Below, piece after piece: positions 29,701-37,450 of a stretch of 64,000 nt of DNA (the stretch's first letter is position 1; each line of letters opens with the position of its first letter). A program made the translations under genes and the position numbers. This DNA is from a virus: positions 1-64,000 of IMG/VR virus record IMGVR_UViG_3300032287_003559; one strand, given 5' to 3'. The notes below the pieces were generated by a model. That model was not told the DNA's origin, searched no databases, and worked only from the letters and a program-made list of their open reading frames with translations.

Positions 29701-31159
29701 AGATTTTATAACAGGAGTTGGAAATACAGTACAATACATTAATAATTCTGGAGTTACAACTACTTTAAATGCATCTACTGGAGGAAATGTAACAATAAGT
29801 CAGATTAATACTGAAACTGATGGATTACATATTCAAGTTAATCATAAAAATCATGGAATGTATTCCAATCAAAACTATGTAACTATTTCTGGAGTAACTC
29901 CAGACATTGCACCATCAAAATTAAATGTTGCATATAATTTTGATTCTACTTCATCTCTTTCATTAAGCAGTATTGCAAACTTTAATACATTTGAAAATGT
30001 TGGTGTCGGAACTACCAATCCTGGATATATTTTGATTGGAGAAGAAGTTATTTCTTACACATCCACATCTGGTGGAGTTATTGGCGGGACAATTACAAGA
30101 GGATCAAATCCAAAAAATTATCCTGCAGGAACTCCTGTTTATAAGTATGAACTTGGCGGAGTCTCTTTAAACAGAATCAATACTACACACAATCTCAGTG
30201 ATGTAACAGTATCTGATCCAATAACCTTTGATTCATATTATGTTAAACTTAATATGACCTCAAATGGAACTGACAGATCTGTTGGAACTGGTTTCCCTAA
30301 ACTCTACTTAAATTCATCAAAATCAACTGGAGGATTTAATATTAAAGCAACTCAAAATATTCCATTTGAATTAATTACTCCAATGGTACAAAATCTTACT
30401 GTTCAGGGGACATCATTAAGTGGAGAACTCAGAACAGTAACTGGAAAGAGTATTAGTGGGTCAGAAATTCCATTTGTAGATAATGGATTTGAAACTATCT
30501 CCTTGAATAAAACAAATTATTTGGATAGTACTAGAATAATCTCATCTAAAGTTAACGAAGATATTAAATTAACAAATTTACCTGGAAATAAATCATTAAA
30601 TATGAGATTGTCTCTGAACACAACAAACACTAAACTGAGTCCAGTTATTGATACTCAAAGAGTTAATGTTATAACTACTTCAAATAGAGTAAATAGCGTT
30701 ATAAGTAATTATTCTACTGATAATAGAGTTAATAGCATATCAGATGATCCTACTTCTTTCCAATATATTTCAAAAGAAATTAATTTGGAAAATTCTGCAT
30801 CATCTCTATTAGTTCTAGCAAATGCGAATATCAACCTTTATTCAGATATTCGTGTTTTCTATGCAATTGGACAAAATCAAAACTTTACTCCAGTTTTTGT
30901 ACCATTCCCAGGATATATGAATTTGAATGATAGAAAGCAAATTATTGATCCATCACTAAATGATGGTCGTCCAGATTCTTTTGTTTCTCCATCAACACAT
31001 TTAGCATTTTCCCCACAAGACTTGGAGTATAAGGAATATTCTTTCAGTATTGATCAATTGCCTGCATTTAGATCATATAGAATCAAAATTCTTCTGACTT
31101 CTACGAATCAGACTTATGTACCAAGATTGAAAGATCTTAGAGTTATTGCTTTAGCATGA
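23711..31159 (+). CDS. Large virion structural protein, VrlC/DUF4815-like
   Basis: NLN.SPYFDDF, YRVLFKPG.PVQARELT.LQSILQNQIE, APGADRLKI, DPLAQSF, SLFKSQN motifs. Confidence 0.82.
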   Translation: MSQQTNLNTSPYFDDFDANNDYYRVLFKPGYPVQARELTTLQSILQNQIEKFGQHFFKEGAKVIPGNTAYNALYYAVELNNTYLGVPLLAYADQLIGSKITGQISGITAVVNQVLSPTDSERGNITLYVSYIGSSTQNNSTQQFFDGESLVSNVSISSGLLGNSTISAGSPFGITVANNATSIGSAFSITDGVYFVRGQFVNVNSETLILDQYTNKPNYRIGLFVNEEIVNADIDESLNDNSQGFNNYSAPGADRLKISVSLFKKSLDDFNDNSFVELATVKDGVLISQKTTTSYNIISDELARRTYSESGDYYVNPFDVSIKESLNNGLGNRGIFNIGQFTYGGSTPSDDLAVYQVSPGKAFVRGYEIETVSSTFLDVPKPRTTKTLENLGINYNTGPTLRLNRVYGSPVVGVGNTYVLSLRSERVGSAQTTAPGKEIGVARVYDFKLESGSYNASNLNTNQWNISLYDIQTTTEITLNEPTTLSIPTFVKGNSSGATAFLKDAVSNSKSLVLYEKNGDFIANESFSFNGINNGRVAVAVTSYGISDIKSVYGIVGSASTFTADTIQSNAYSVGIATISSYSGSISTITSTNVLFPGTIVKPGNLVRYTSASSPDPIIARVVSVGATLVTITQVQSVPGITSSVLPSSSLSVTDLQILTTNLESSTDNTLYTKLPKNNISSVDLTNSSLTIRKSYTVNISGNQLSTPVSAGTNETFLPFDEERYSLIRSDGTTEVLTSDKFAFISGSTQLQIYNLGSNNIGATLIASLTKSKPKAKIKRKNRVNSILINRSAYSSSGIGSTTLNDGLVYGNYPYGTRVQDQNLSLNVSDVVEVHAIYESLDTSNPSAPTVILSSISGPSTKTADLIIGEQFVGQLSGAIGICAEKLTDSQISFISKNQNNFKEGETIKFAESNITAVITTLNSPSSNISSNFIFTNGQKDTFYDYGVISRKSNAEEPSRKLRIYFSNGYYDSTDDGDITTINSYTGFDYGKEIQTVSGIRNSDIIDIRPKTTDFSVAENVRSPLEFYGRTFNGSGNSAANILASDEQIVTTFSFYLGRIDRIYVTKDGKMQVKYGTPSEKLEKPVSVDDALEIATVILPPYLYNVSQASMEFLDHKRYRMVDIKQLENRIKNIEYYTTLSLLETNTANLFVSDDNGLNRFKSGFFVDNFTSLLAQEDSILYKNSIDIENKELRPAHYTNSIDLVAGPVIGIDPTDDLQFTPIEGTNVRKSGDIVTLDYAEVEWFKQSFATRSESVTPFLISFWQGTVELTPSSDTWVDTTRLEAKIINTEGNYAETLANAVKTLNVDPQTGFAPVVWNAWQTNWTGTEIVNTTATRTEVSGGAWRGGGGARASFETQTTSVIQDQLRETRDTGVTSRTGLRTIVTEQFDKTSVGDRVVSRNLIPYMRSRNIQFISKKVKPLTQLYAFFDGVDVTKYCVPKLLEISMVSGTFQVGETVIGVAQKTGLGPESGQNTPKITFRVAQSDHKEGPYNSATSTFSYNPYTGQTIQATYSSTSTILNVDTFSLSNQPQGQYSGWVESGMRLVGQTSGAQATITNLRLVSDISATLIGSFFIPNPNINIHPKFESGTKTFTLVNNNLNDQNAATTIAEEGFISSGTLETVQENIISVRNARIQNKQEFEQNAVSRTTGTQIVSSSVISRTQRQVLVGWYDPLAQSFLVEDETGVFLTRCDVFFRSKDDMDIPVTFQLRTMQNGFPTQKVLPLSEVTLDPDQVNTSSDGSVATSFVFKAPVYLEGGKDYCVCLASNSTKYSVYISRIGENDLLTQTFISNQPTLGSLFKSQNASTWEASQWEDLKFTLYRADFLTSGTVEFYNPELTSGNNQIPTLLPNSLITNSKRIRIGIGSTLNDSGLTLGNTVLQSNTNATGNYVGSAGIATGTLGIINPGIGYTPTSGGLTFNSINLTTITGSGRDATANVTISNGVAVAATIVSGGTGYQVGDVLSIGPIGISSVGKNIRLSVGSISAVNQLILDNVQGDFITGVGNTVQYINNSGVTTTLNASTGGNVTISQINTETDGLHIQVNHKNHGMYSNQNYVTISGVTPDIAPSKLNVAYNFDSTSSLSLSSIANFNTFENVGVGTTNPGYILIGEEVISYTSTSGGVIGGTITRGSNPKNYPAGTPVYKYELGGVSLNRINTTHNLSDVTVSDPITFDSYYVKLNMTSNGTDRSVGTGFPKLYLNSSKSTGGFNIKATQNIPFELITPMVQNLTVQGTSLSGELRTVTGKSISGSEIPFVDNGFETISLNKTNYLDSTRIISSKVNEDIKLTNLPGNKSLNMRLSLNTTNTKLSPVIDTQRVNVITTSNRVNSVISNYSTDNRVNSISDDPTSFQYISKEINLENSASSLLVLANANINLYSDIRVFYAIGQNQNFTPVFVPFPGYMNLNDRKQIIDPSLNDGRPDSFVSPSTHLAFSPQDLEYKEYSFSIDQLPAFRSYRIKILLTSTNQTYVPRLKDLRVIALA

Positions 31160-31160
31160 T

Positions 31161-31388
31161 ATGAATTATATTAAAGTTGAGGGTCACTCAAATTTAATGA
31201 GAGACCCCAATACAAATTCAATAATAAACAAAAATATGACAGAATATCAAGAGTATATTTCAAAACGTAATGCAAAAAATGAGGAGAATCAAAAGTTACA
31301 GAATCTTGAATATGATCTTGCTAATATGAAGGGTGACCTTGACGAAATTAAATCTTTACTAAGGAGTTTACTTGATGGATCCAGATAA
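31161..31388 (+). CDS. Small conserved coiled-coil protein
   Basis: ORF track; KVEGHSNLMRDPNTNSIIN followed by a coiled coil. Confidence 0.8.
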   Translation: MNYIKVEGHSNLMRDPNTNSIINKNMTEYQEYISKRNAKNEENQKLQNLEYDLANMKGDLDEIKSLLRSLLDGSR

Positions 31389-31557
31389 AATACAACTTGA
31401 AAATTTAAGTAAAAGTTTTGAATACTTTAAAGTTTCAAATGAAATAGATAATATAGAAGATATTGAATTAATCAAAAATATTGCAAAGTGCTATTATAAA
31501 TTATACTTAAAGCAACAAGAAGTAGTATCCTCTTTAGGAGTCCCAAATGTCAACTAA
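31375..31557 (+). CDS. Hypothetical protein (KLYLKQQEVV)
   Basis: ORF track 31372..31557; ATG at 31375 with AGGAG SD. Confidence 0.75.
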   Translation: MDPDKIQLENLSKSFEYFKVSNEIDNIEDIELIKNIAKCYYKLYLKQQEVVSSLGVPNVN

Positions 31558-31933
31558 AAACATAACATTTGATACTGATTCTGGAGTTGCTTATCATGTT
31601 CACTTTGTTATTAACTCCGGAGCAGATTTTAGGGCAAATTTTAACGTAAATAATGTTTCCAATGCTCCCTTCAACTTTACTGGATGGACAGGAACATCCA
31701 GAATGGCTAAAAGTGTCTCTATAGGTTCCTCATCTTACCCCGTAGCAACCTTTAATGTCGGTTTTACTAGTGCTTCCTCCGGAAAATTTAATATATCTTT
31801 AGGTTCATCTGCCACTAGAACATTAACCGAAGGTAGATATGTTTACGACATTTTGGTCAGCTCTGGTTCTACAGTTTATAGAATAGTAAGTGGAAATATC
31901 GTAGTTATACCAGGAATTTCTTCGGCACCCTAA
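31547..31933 (+). CDS. Probable virion structural protein (Ig-like)
   Basis: GRYVYDILV...RIVSGNIVVIPGIS beta-sandwich pattern; located in the structural operon. Confidence 0.7.
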   Translation: MSTKNITFDTDSGVAYHVHFVINSGADFRANFNVNNVSNAPFNFTGWTGTSRMAKSVSIGSSSYPVATFNVGFTSASSGKFNISLGSSATRTLTEGRYVYDILVSSGSTVYRIVSGNIVVIPGISSAP

Positions 31934-31956
31934 ATATCTCTAGAGGTATTAGATAA

Positions 31957-32802
31957 ATGGCTCAACCATCTACTAGACAAGAATTAATTGATTATTGCAA
32001 AAGAAAACTGGGAGCACCAGTCTTGGAAATTAATGTAGCTGATGAGCAAATTGAAGATTTAGTTGATGATGCTATACAGTTTTTTCAAGAGCGTCATTTT
32101 GATGGCGTATATCCAACATTTTTCAAATATCAATTTACTCAAGATGATGTTGATAGAGGTAGAGCAAGGGGAGCAAATTCTAGCGTAGGAATTGTAACTA
32201 CTAATGTTACTGCAAATGTTGCAGGAATAACAACTACTTTTAAATATGAGGAAAATAGCAATTATTTGCAAGTTCCTCCAGGAGTCATAGGTGTAAATAA
32301 AATATTCCAATATGATGGATCTAACACTATTACACATAACATGTTCAGTGTTAAGTATCAGTTATTCTTGAATGATATTTATTATTGGGGAACTACTGAG
32401 CTTTTGTCTTATGCAATGGTAAAAACATACTTAGAAGATTTGGATTTTCTACTCAACACGCAGAAGCAGATTCGTTTCAATAAAAGACAAGATAGACTTT
32501 ATCTTGATATTGATTGGGGAGCCGTAAATGTAGGAAGCTACGTTATAATTGATTGTTATTCGGTGTTGGATCCAAATGATTATAGTCGGGTTTGGAATGA
32601 TTCATTTATTAAACCATACTTAACATCATTGATAAAAAAACAATGGGGACAGAATATGATGAAATTTACTGGTGTTAAACTTCCAGGTGGCGTTGAACTT
32701 AATGGTCGTCAAATGTATGATGATGCCCAAAGAGAACTTGATATTTTAATGGAAAAAATGTCGAATACTTATGAACTTCCACCTCTAGACATGGTTGGTT
32801 AA
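31957..32802 (+). CDS. g13: Neck protein gp13
   Basis: LGAPVLEINV.DEQI.D, KKQWGQNM.KF.GV.LPGGV.LNG; late promoter CTAAATA at 31930. Confidence 0.93.
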   Translation: MAQPSTRQELIDYCKRKLGAPVLEINVADEQIEDLVDDAIQFFQERHFDGVYPTFFKYQFTQDDVDRGRARGANSSVGIVTTNVTANVAGITTTFKYEENSNYLQVPPGVIGVNKIFQYDGSNTITHNMFSVKYQLFLNDIYYWGTTELLSYAMVKTYLEDLDFLLNTQKQIRFNKRQDRLYLDIDWGAVNVGSYVIIDCYSVLDPNDYSRVWNDSFIKPYLTSLIKKQWGQNMMKFTGVKLPGGVELNGRQMYDDAQRELDILMEKMSNTYELPPLDMVG

Positions 32803-32806
32803 TTAA

Positions 32807-34222
32807 ATGCTTAATCCATTTTTTCTTCAAGGTTCTGAATCAGAGAGAAATCTTATTCAAGATTTGGTCAATGAACAATTGAGAATGTATGGAATTGAAG
32901 TTTATTATTTGCCAAGAAAGTATATTACACAAAAAACTGTTATAAAAGAAGTTATAGAATCTTCGTTTGAAGATGCTTATCCAATAGAAGCTTATCTAGT
33001 AAGTTATGAGGGATATGGAGATAATCCAACTATTCTTTCAAAATTTGGAATTCAAGCACTTAATGAATTAACTTTAACCATATCAAGAGAGAGATTTGAA
33101 ACATATATTTCTCCTCTTATGAAAAATGAACAAAATATTCGATTATCTACTAGACCGAAAGAAGGAGATTTAATTTATTTTCCTCTTGGAGATCGTTTGT
33201 TTGAAATAAAATATGTCGAACATGAACAACCATTCTATCAAATTAATGGAAATACTAGTTATGATTTACGATGCGAATTATTCAGATATGAAGACGAAGT
33301 AATTGATACCGGAATATCTGAGATTGATAATTATATTGGTGGAACTGGTACAGGCGATGTAGATTATGAAACTAATGTTTACGCATCGATTCAAACATTA
33401 ACTCTTGTTGGGACTGCATCGACTGCATCTGCAATAACTACATTGGTTAACAATGGTATAAGATTCTTTACTGTTACTAATAGGGGTGGTGGATACTCTT
33501 ATCCACCAAGAGTTGCAATTTCTTCTGCACCAACGGGCGGTATGACTGGTGTAGGATCAGCAACAATGATTGGTGGTATTGTTGTTTGCGACAGGAATGT
33601 TAATCCCAATTTAAAATCAGTTCAATCTGTGGAAGTTATAAACCCAGGATATGGATACACTATTGCACCTAAAGTTGCATTTTTTGGTGATGGTGTTGGA
33701 GCGGCGGCGACAGCAACAATTGGTAGTGGAATCGTAGGAGTAATAACGGTTACAAACGGAGGATCTGGATATACATCTCCACCGCCAATCACATTTGTGG
33801 GGATTTCGACTGTTTCTGCTGCTGCCACAGCAGTAGTAAGCTCCGCCGGAACTATTACGCAAATAAGAATAACGAATGCTGGTCTTGGATATTCACAGGC
33901 ACCAACAATTATAATAGGAAATCCTTCAACAACTTCCAGTGGAGATTATATTTTTAATGAAATAATAACAGGATCAATAAGCAACACTACAGCAAGAGTT
34001 AGATCGTGGAATTCTGTGACTAATAAACTTGAAATTTCAAATGTATCTGGAGAATTTGCAATTTCAGAATCTATTATTGGATCAGATTCTGGCGCTTCGC
34101 ATGTATTAAGAGTAGTTGATTCAACCCCAGTCAATGATGGATTTTCAGATAATAAAAATATAGAAACAGAAGCAGATTCAATCATAGATTTTAGTGAGAT
34201 AAATCCGTTCGGAATGCCGTAG
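32807..34222 (+). CDS. g14: Neck protein gp14 with C-terminal extension
   Basis: YYLPR, SKFG, RPKEGDLIYFP, LFEIKYVE; ends DFSEINPFG. Confidence 0.9.
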   Translation: MLNPFFLQGSESERNLIQDLVNEQLRMYGIEVYYLPRKYITQKTVIKEVIESSFEDAYPIEAYLVSYEGYGDNPTILSKFGIQALNELTLTISRERFETYISPLMKNEQNIRLSTRPKEGDLIYFPLGDRLFEIKYVEHEQPFYQINGNTSYDLRCELFRYEDEVIDTGISEIDNYIGGTGTGDVDYETNVYASIQTLTLVGTASTASAITTLVNNGIRFFTVTNRGGGYSYPPRVAISSAPTGGMTGVGSATMIGGIVVCDRNVNPNLKSVQSVEVINPGYGYTIAPKVAFFGDGVGAAATATIGSGIVGVITVTNGGSGYTSPPPITFVGISTVSAAATAVVSSAGTITQIRITNAGLGYSQAPTIIIGNPSTTSSGDYIFNEIITGSISNTTARVRSWNSVTNKLEISNVSGEFAISESIIGSDSGASHVLRVVDSTPVNDGFSDNKNIETEADSIIDFSEINPFGMP

Positions 34223-34270
34223 TATAAATATATTTTATTATGATCAAATACTAGTAAAAAATTTATAGCA

Positions 34271-35272
34271 ATGTTTGAATATTTTTATAACGAAATCTTA
34301 AGAAAAACCGTAATTGCTTTTGGTTCTTTATTTAATGGTATAGAAATAAAGCATACGAATACATCAGATAATGTTGTTAGTGTTATAAAAGTTCCACTTG
34401 CGTATGGACCAACACAAAAGTTTTTGGCTAGACTTGAGCAATCTGCAGATCTTAGTCAAAAAACTCAAATAACTTTACCAAGAATGTCATTTGAGTTTAC
34501 TGGATTGACTTATGATGCAACAAGAAAAGTCACAACAACTCAAACATTTACTGTAAAAGATTCCACTGACGGCACAGAAACGAAGAAAGTTTTTATGCCT
34601 GTTCCATATAATATGCAATTTGAATTAAGCATTATGTCAAAACTTAATGATGATTGCCTTCAAATAGTTGAGCAAATTTTACCTTATTTTCAACCAGCTT
34701 ATTCTTTAACAGTTGAACTATTAGACAACATTAATGAAAAAAGGGATATTCCAATAGTTTTAGAAAATATAACTATGCAGGATGACTATGAGGGCAATTT
34801 TACTACTAGAAGAGTTTTAATTTACACTCTAAGATTTACAGCAAAAACATATTTGTTTGGACCTGTTGCCTCTGCAACGAAGGATGTTATCAAAAGAGCT
34901 TCTATTGGATATATTTCGGGCGGAACTACTTCCTCTCCAAAAAGAGAAGTTGTATATGCTTCCGAACCTAGAGCAATTAAGAACTATACCGGAATTGTTG
35001 TTGCAAACATCACTAAAGATATTGGAACGTCAGATACACTAATTTCAGTAAATAATGCAAGTCAAATTAGTGCAAATAGTTACATTGAGATTGAGGGTGA
35101 AGAAATTTACATTAAATCAAAATCTGGAAATGTTCTTACAGTTGAAAGAGGTAGAGATGGGACAAATATTATCTCGCATATTTCTGGAGCAGAAGTCAAA
35201 TCAATCACTACTGCAGACAATCTTCTAATTGAAGAAGGTGACGATTTTGGATTTAGTGGATCAATCGTATAA
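34271..35272 (+). CDS. g15: Tail sheath stabilizer / completion protein gp15
   Basis: FG.LFN.I, VPLAYGP.QKFLARL, LPRMSFE, QIVEQILPYFQP; TATAAATA at 34223. Confidence 0.92.
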   Translation: MFEYFYNEILRKTVIAFGSLFNGIEIKHTNTSDNVVSVIKVPLAYGPTQKFLARLEQSADLSQKTQITLPRMSFEFTGLTYDATRKVTTTQTFTVKDSTDGTETKKVFMPVPYNMQFELSIMSKLNDDCLQIVEQILPYFQPAYSLTVELLDNINEKRDIPIVLENITMQDDYEGNFTTRRVLIYTLRFTAKTYLFGPVASATKDVIKRASIGYISGGTTSSPKREVVYASEPRAIKNYTGIVVANITKDIGTSDTLISVNNASQISANSYIEIEGEEIYIKSKSGNVLTVERGRDGTNIISHISGAEVKSITTADNLLIEEGDDFGFSGSIV

Positions 35273-35281
35273 AAAATTAAC

Positions 35282-35731
35282 ATGAAAATGACAAAAAAAT
35301 TTGATGATTTGAATGATGCATTTAATATTGCGGGAGAAATAATTTCTACTGATTCGGAAACTAATATTGAAAAAATAGAAAATAAAGTAGAAAATATTGC
35401 AAACATATCTGAAGATATTAAAAAAGATTATGATTATACTAGAGGTAATCTCTATTCTTTAATAGAAAAGGGGCAAGAAGCAATCAATGGAATTTTGGAA
35501 CTAGCACAAGAAAGTGAAATGCCTCGTGCTTATGAAGTCGCTGGACAACTTATAAAAAATGTTGCAGATATTGCAGATAAATTGATGGATCTTCAAAAGA
35601 AACTCAAAGATATTGATGAAAATACCTCAAATAAAGGACCAACGACAGTTAACAATGCTTTATTTGTTGGATCCACCGCAGAGCTAGCGAAACTTTTAAA
35701 GCAACAGTCTCAAGACACAAAAAATCAATAA
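35282..35731 (+). CDS. g16: Terminase small subunit gp16
   Basis: DYDYTRGNL, PRAYEVAGQLIK, NNALFVGSTAEL. Confidence 0.9.
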   Translation: MKMTKKFDDLNDAFNIAGEIISTDSETNIEKIENKVENIANISEDIKKDYDYTRGNLYSLIEKGQEAINGILELAQESEMPRAYEVAGQLIKNVADIADKLMDLQKKLKDIDENTSNKGPTTVNNALFVGSTAELAKLLKQQSQDTKNQ

Positions 35732-35756
35732 ATATAAAAAGATTCAGAGTATATAA

Positions 35757-37433
35757 ATGCAAAGGTTTAAACCACATAAAACGGTTGAGCAAATAGCAAA
35801 AAAACATCGTTTAGACGTTGCATTTATACAAAAGCAACTTGATATTGGAGAGCCTATAGAACACGAGCATACTAATGACCATGCTCTTGCAAGAGATATT
35901 GCTCTTCAACATTTGGATGAAATTCCAGACTATTATACTCGTCTTAAAAAAATGGAAGCATCTGCAAAGAAAGAACATAAAAAATTTAAAGATGTAAAAG
36001 AATCTCACGAAGAACAAAGATATTGTCCATTATGTGATAAAAGAGAAACTAGATCGGAGTGTAGTTATGGGGAAAAAGCATGGGATAAGGTATCCGTAAA
36101 AGATGAAGAATATTCAATGGTTCGCTCAGAATTAAAAACTATGGCGGATGCTATTAAGAGATTGGAAATGAAAGTTGGAAAAGGTGAAGGAAATTTAGAA
36201 GCATGGGTACAATCAAAAATCACTAAAGCAGCAGATTATATCGATACTGCAGCAGACTATGTTACAAACGAAGAAATAGAAGAGTCATGCTGGAAGGGAT
36301 ATAAGCAGATAGGAATGAAGAAAAAAGGAAAAAAAACTGTACCAAATTGCGTACCAGAAGAAACTAAATTGGTAGAAAAGATTATTGCTGAGATTATTGA
36401 GGAATCAAAATCGGGAGATTCTTCTCTGCACGATTGGTTCACCAAAAGTAAATCATCGGATGGAAAACCAGGGTGGGTTCAATTAGGTGGAAAATATGCA
36501 GGAAAACCATGTGCAAAACAACCGGGACAAACAACAAAACCAAAATGCGGTAGTTCCAAAATGTCTGCAGAAATGTCCCCAGAAGAGGAAGAAAGAGCTG
36601 CAAGAAGAAAAAGAAAGGAAGATCCAAATCCAGAGAGATCTGGTAAAGCAAGAAATGTTGCAACCGAAGAATACGTCGATGAGGATGCATGTAAAGAAAA
36701 AGTAAAATCGAGATATAAAATTTGGCCAAGTGCATATGCATCTGGAGCACTTGTAAAGTGCCGTAAAGTTGGATCTAAAAATTGGGGCAATAAGTCAAAG
36801 TCTAAAAATGAAGACGTTACTATTGAAGATTTGAATGGTAACACATTTGCAGAAGTTATTGATGTTATTAAACCAGATCCAATTAAAGGTTTTAAATCCC
36901 AGATAGAAGAAGCAACAAGACTTCAATCTGAAACTGGAAATATCATTGCGGTTGTTTTAAGTTGGAGGGGAAAAACATATTCAATTAGAATGTTTTTCCC
37001 ACAAGTATCAATTCCATCAAAAAAAGAAGTAACCTCAGAAATACAAAAAATATACCCAGGATCTATTGTTTTGCAATTCAATGTTTCATCAATTCAAGCG
37101 GGAATGCCGCTCATTCAAGTAGTAAATTCTAAATCAAAAAATTATCTTTTAAACAACAAAACAATTGGTGAAGAAACTATAGAAGAAGTTGCTGCATGGC
37201 AGCGTAAGGAAGGAAAAAACCAAAGTGGTGGACTTAATGAAAAGGGAAGAAAATCTTACGAAAGAGAAAATCCGGGAAGTGACCTTAAAGCGCCAAGCAA
37301 AAAAGTAGGAAATCCGCGTAGAGCATCATTCTGCGCCAGAATGAGGGGAATGAAAAACAAATTGACTTCAGCAAAAACTGCAAATGATCCAAATTCAAGA
37401 ATTAATAAATCACTTAGAGCCTGGAATTGTTAA
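35757..37433 (+). CDS. Multi-module hypothetical protein between g16 and g17 (DUF5661-like N-terminus, DUF6321-like C-terminus)
   Basis: EHEHT...ARDIALQHLDEIPDYYTRL; GGLNEKGRKSY...RRASFCARM...SLRAWNC; ATAAATA at 35728. Confidence 0.7.
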   Translation: MQRFKPHKTVEQIAKKHRLDVAFIQKQLDIGEPIEHEHTNDHALARDIALQHLDEIPDYYTRLKKMEASAKKEHKKFKDVKESHEEQRYCPLCDKRETRSECSYGEKAWDKVSVKDEEYSMVRSELKTMADAIKRLEMKVGKGEGNLEAWVQSKITKAADYIDTAADYVTNEEIEESCWKGYKQIGMKKKGKKTVPNCVPEETKLVEKIIAEIIEESKSGDSSLHDWFTKSKSSDGKPGWVQLGGKYAGKPCAKQPGQTTKPKCGSSKMSAEMSPEEEERAARRKRKEDPNPERSGKARNVATEEYVDEDACKEKVKSRYKIWPSAYASGALVKCRKVGSKNWGNKSKSKNEDVTIEDLNGNTFAEVIDVIKPDPIKGFKSQIEEATRLQSETGNIIAVVLSWRGKTYSIRMFFPQVSIPSKKEVTSEIQKIYPGSIVLQFNVSSIQAGMPLIQVVNSKSKNYLLNNKTIGEETIEEVAAWQRKEGKNQSGGLNEKGRKSYERENPGSDLKAPSKKVGNPRRASFCARMRGMKNKLTSAKTANDPNSRINKSLRAWNC

Positions 37434-37450
37434 TATAAGAGAAATTTATT

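Noticed and set aside
9798-31159. Introns or inteins in the giant structural genes (also considered for g17, g20, g23, g46, uvsW)
   Set aside because: ORFs are uninterrupted; no intein splice-junction or LAGLIDADG motifs noticed; core enzymes are of normal length
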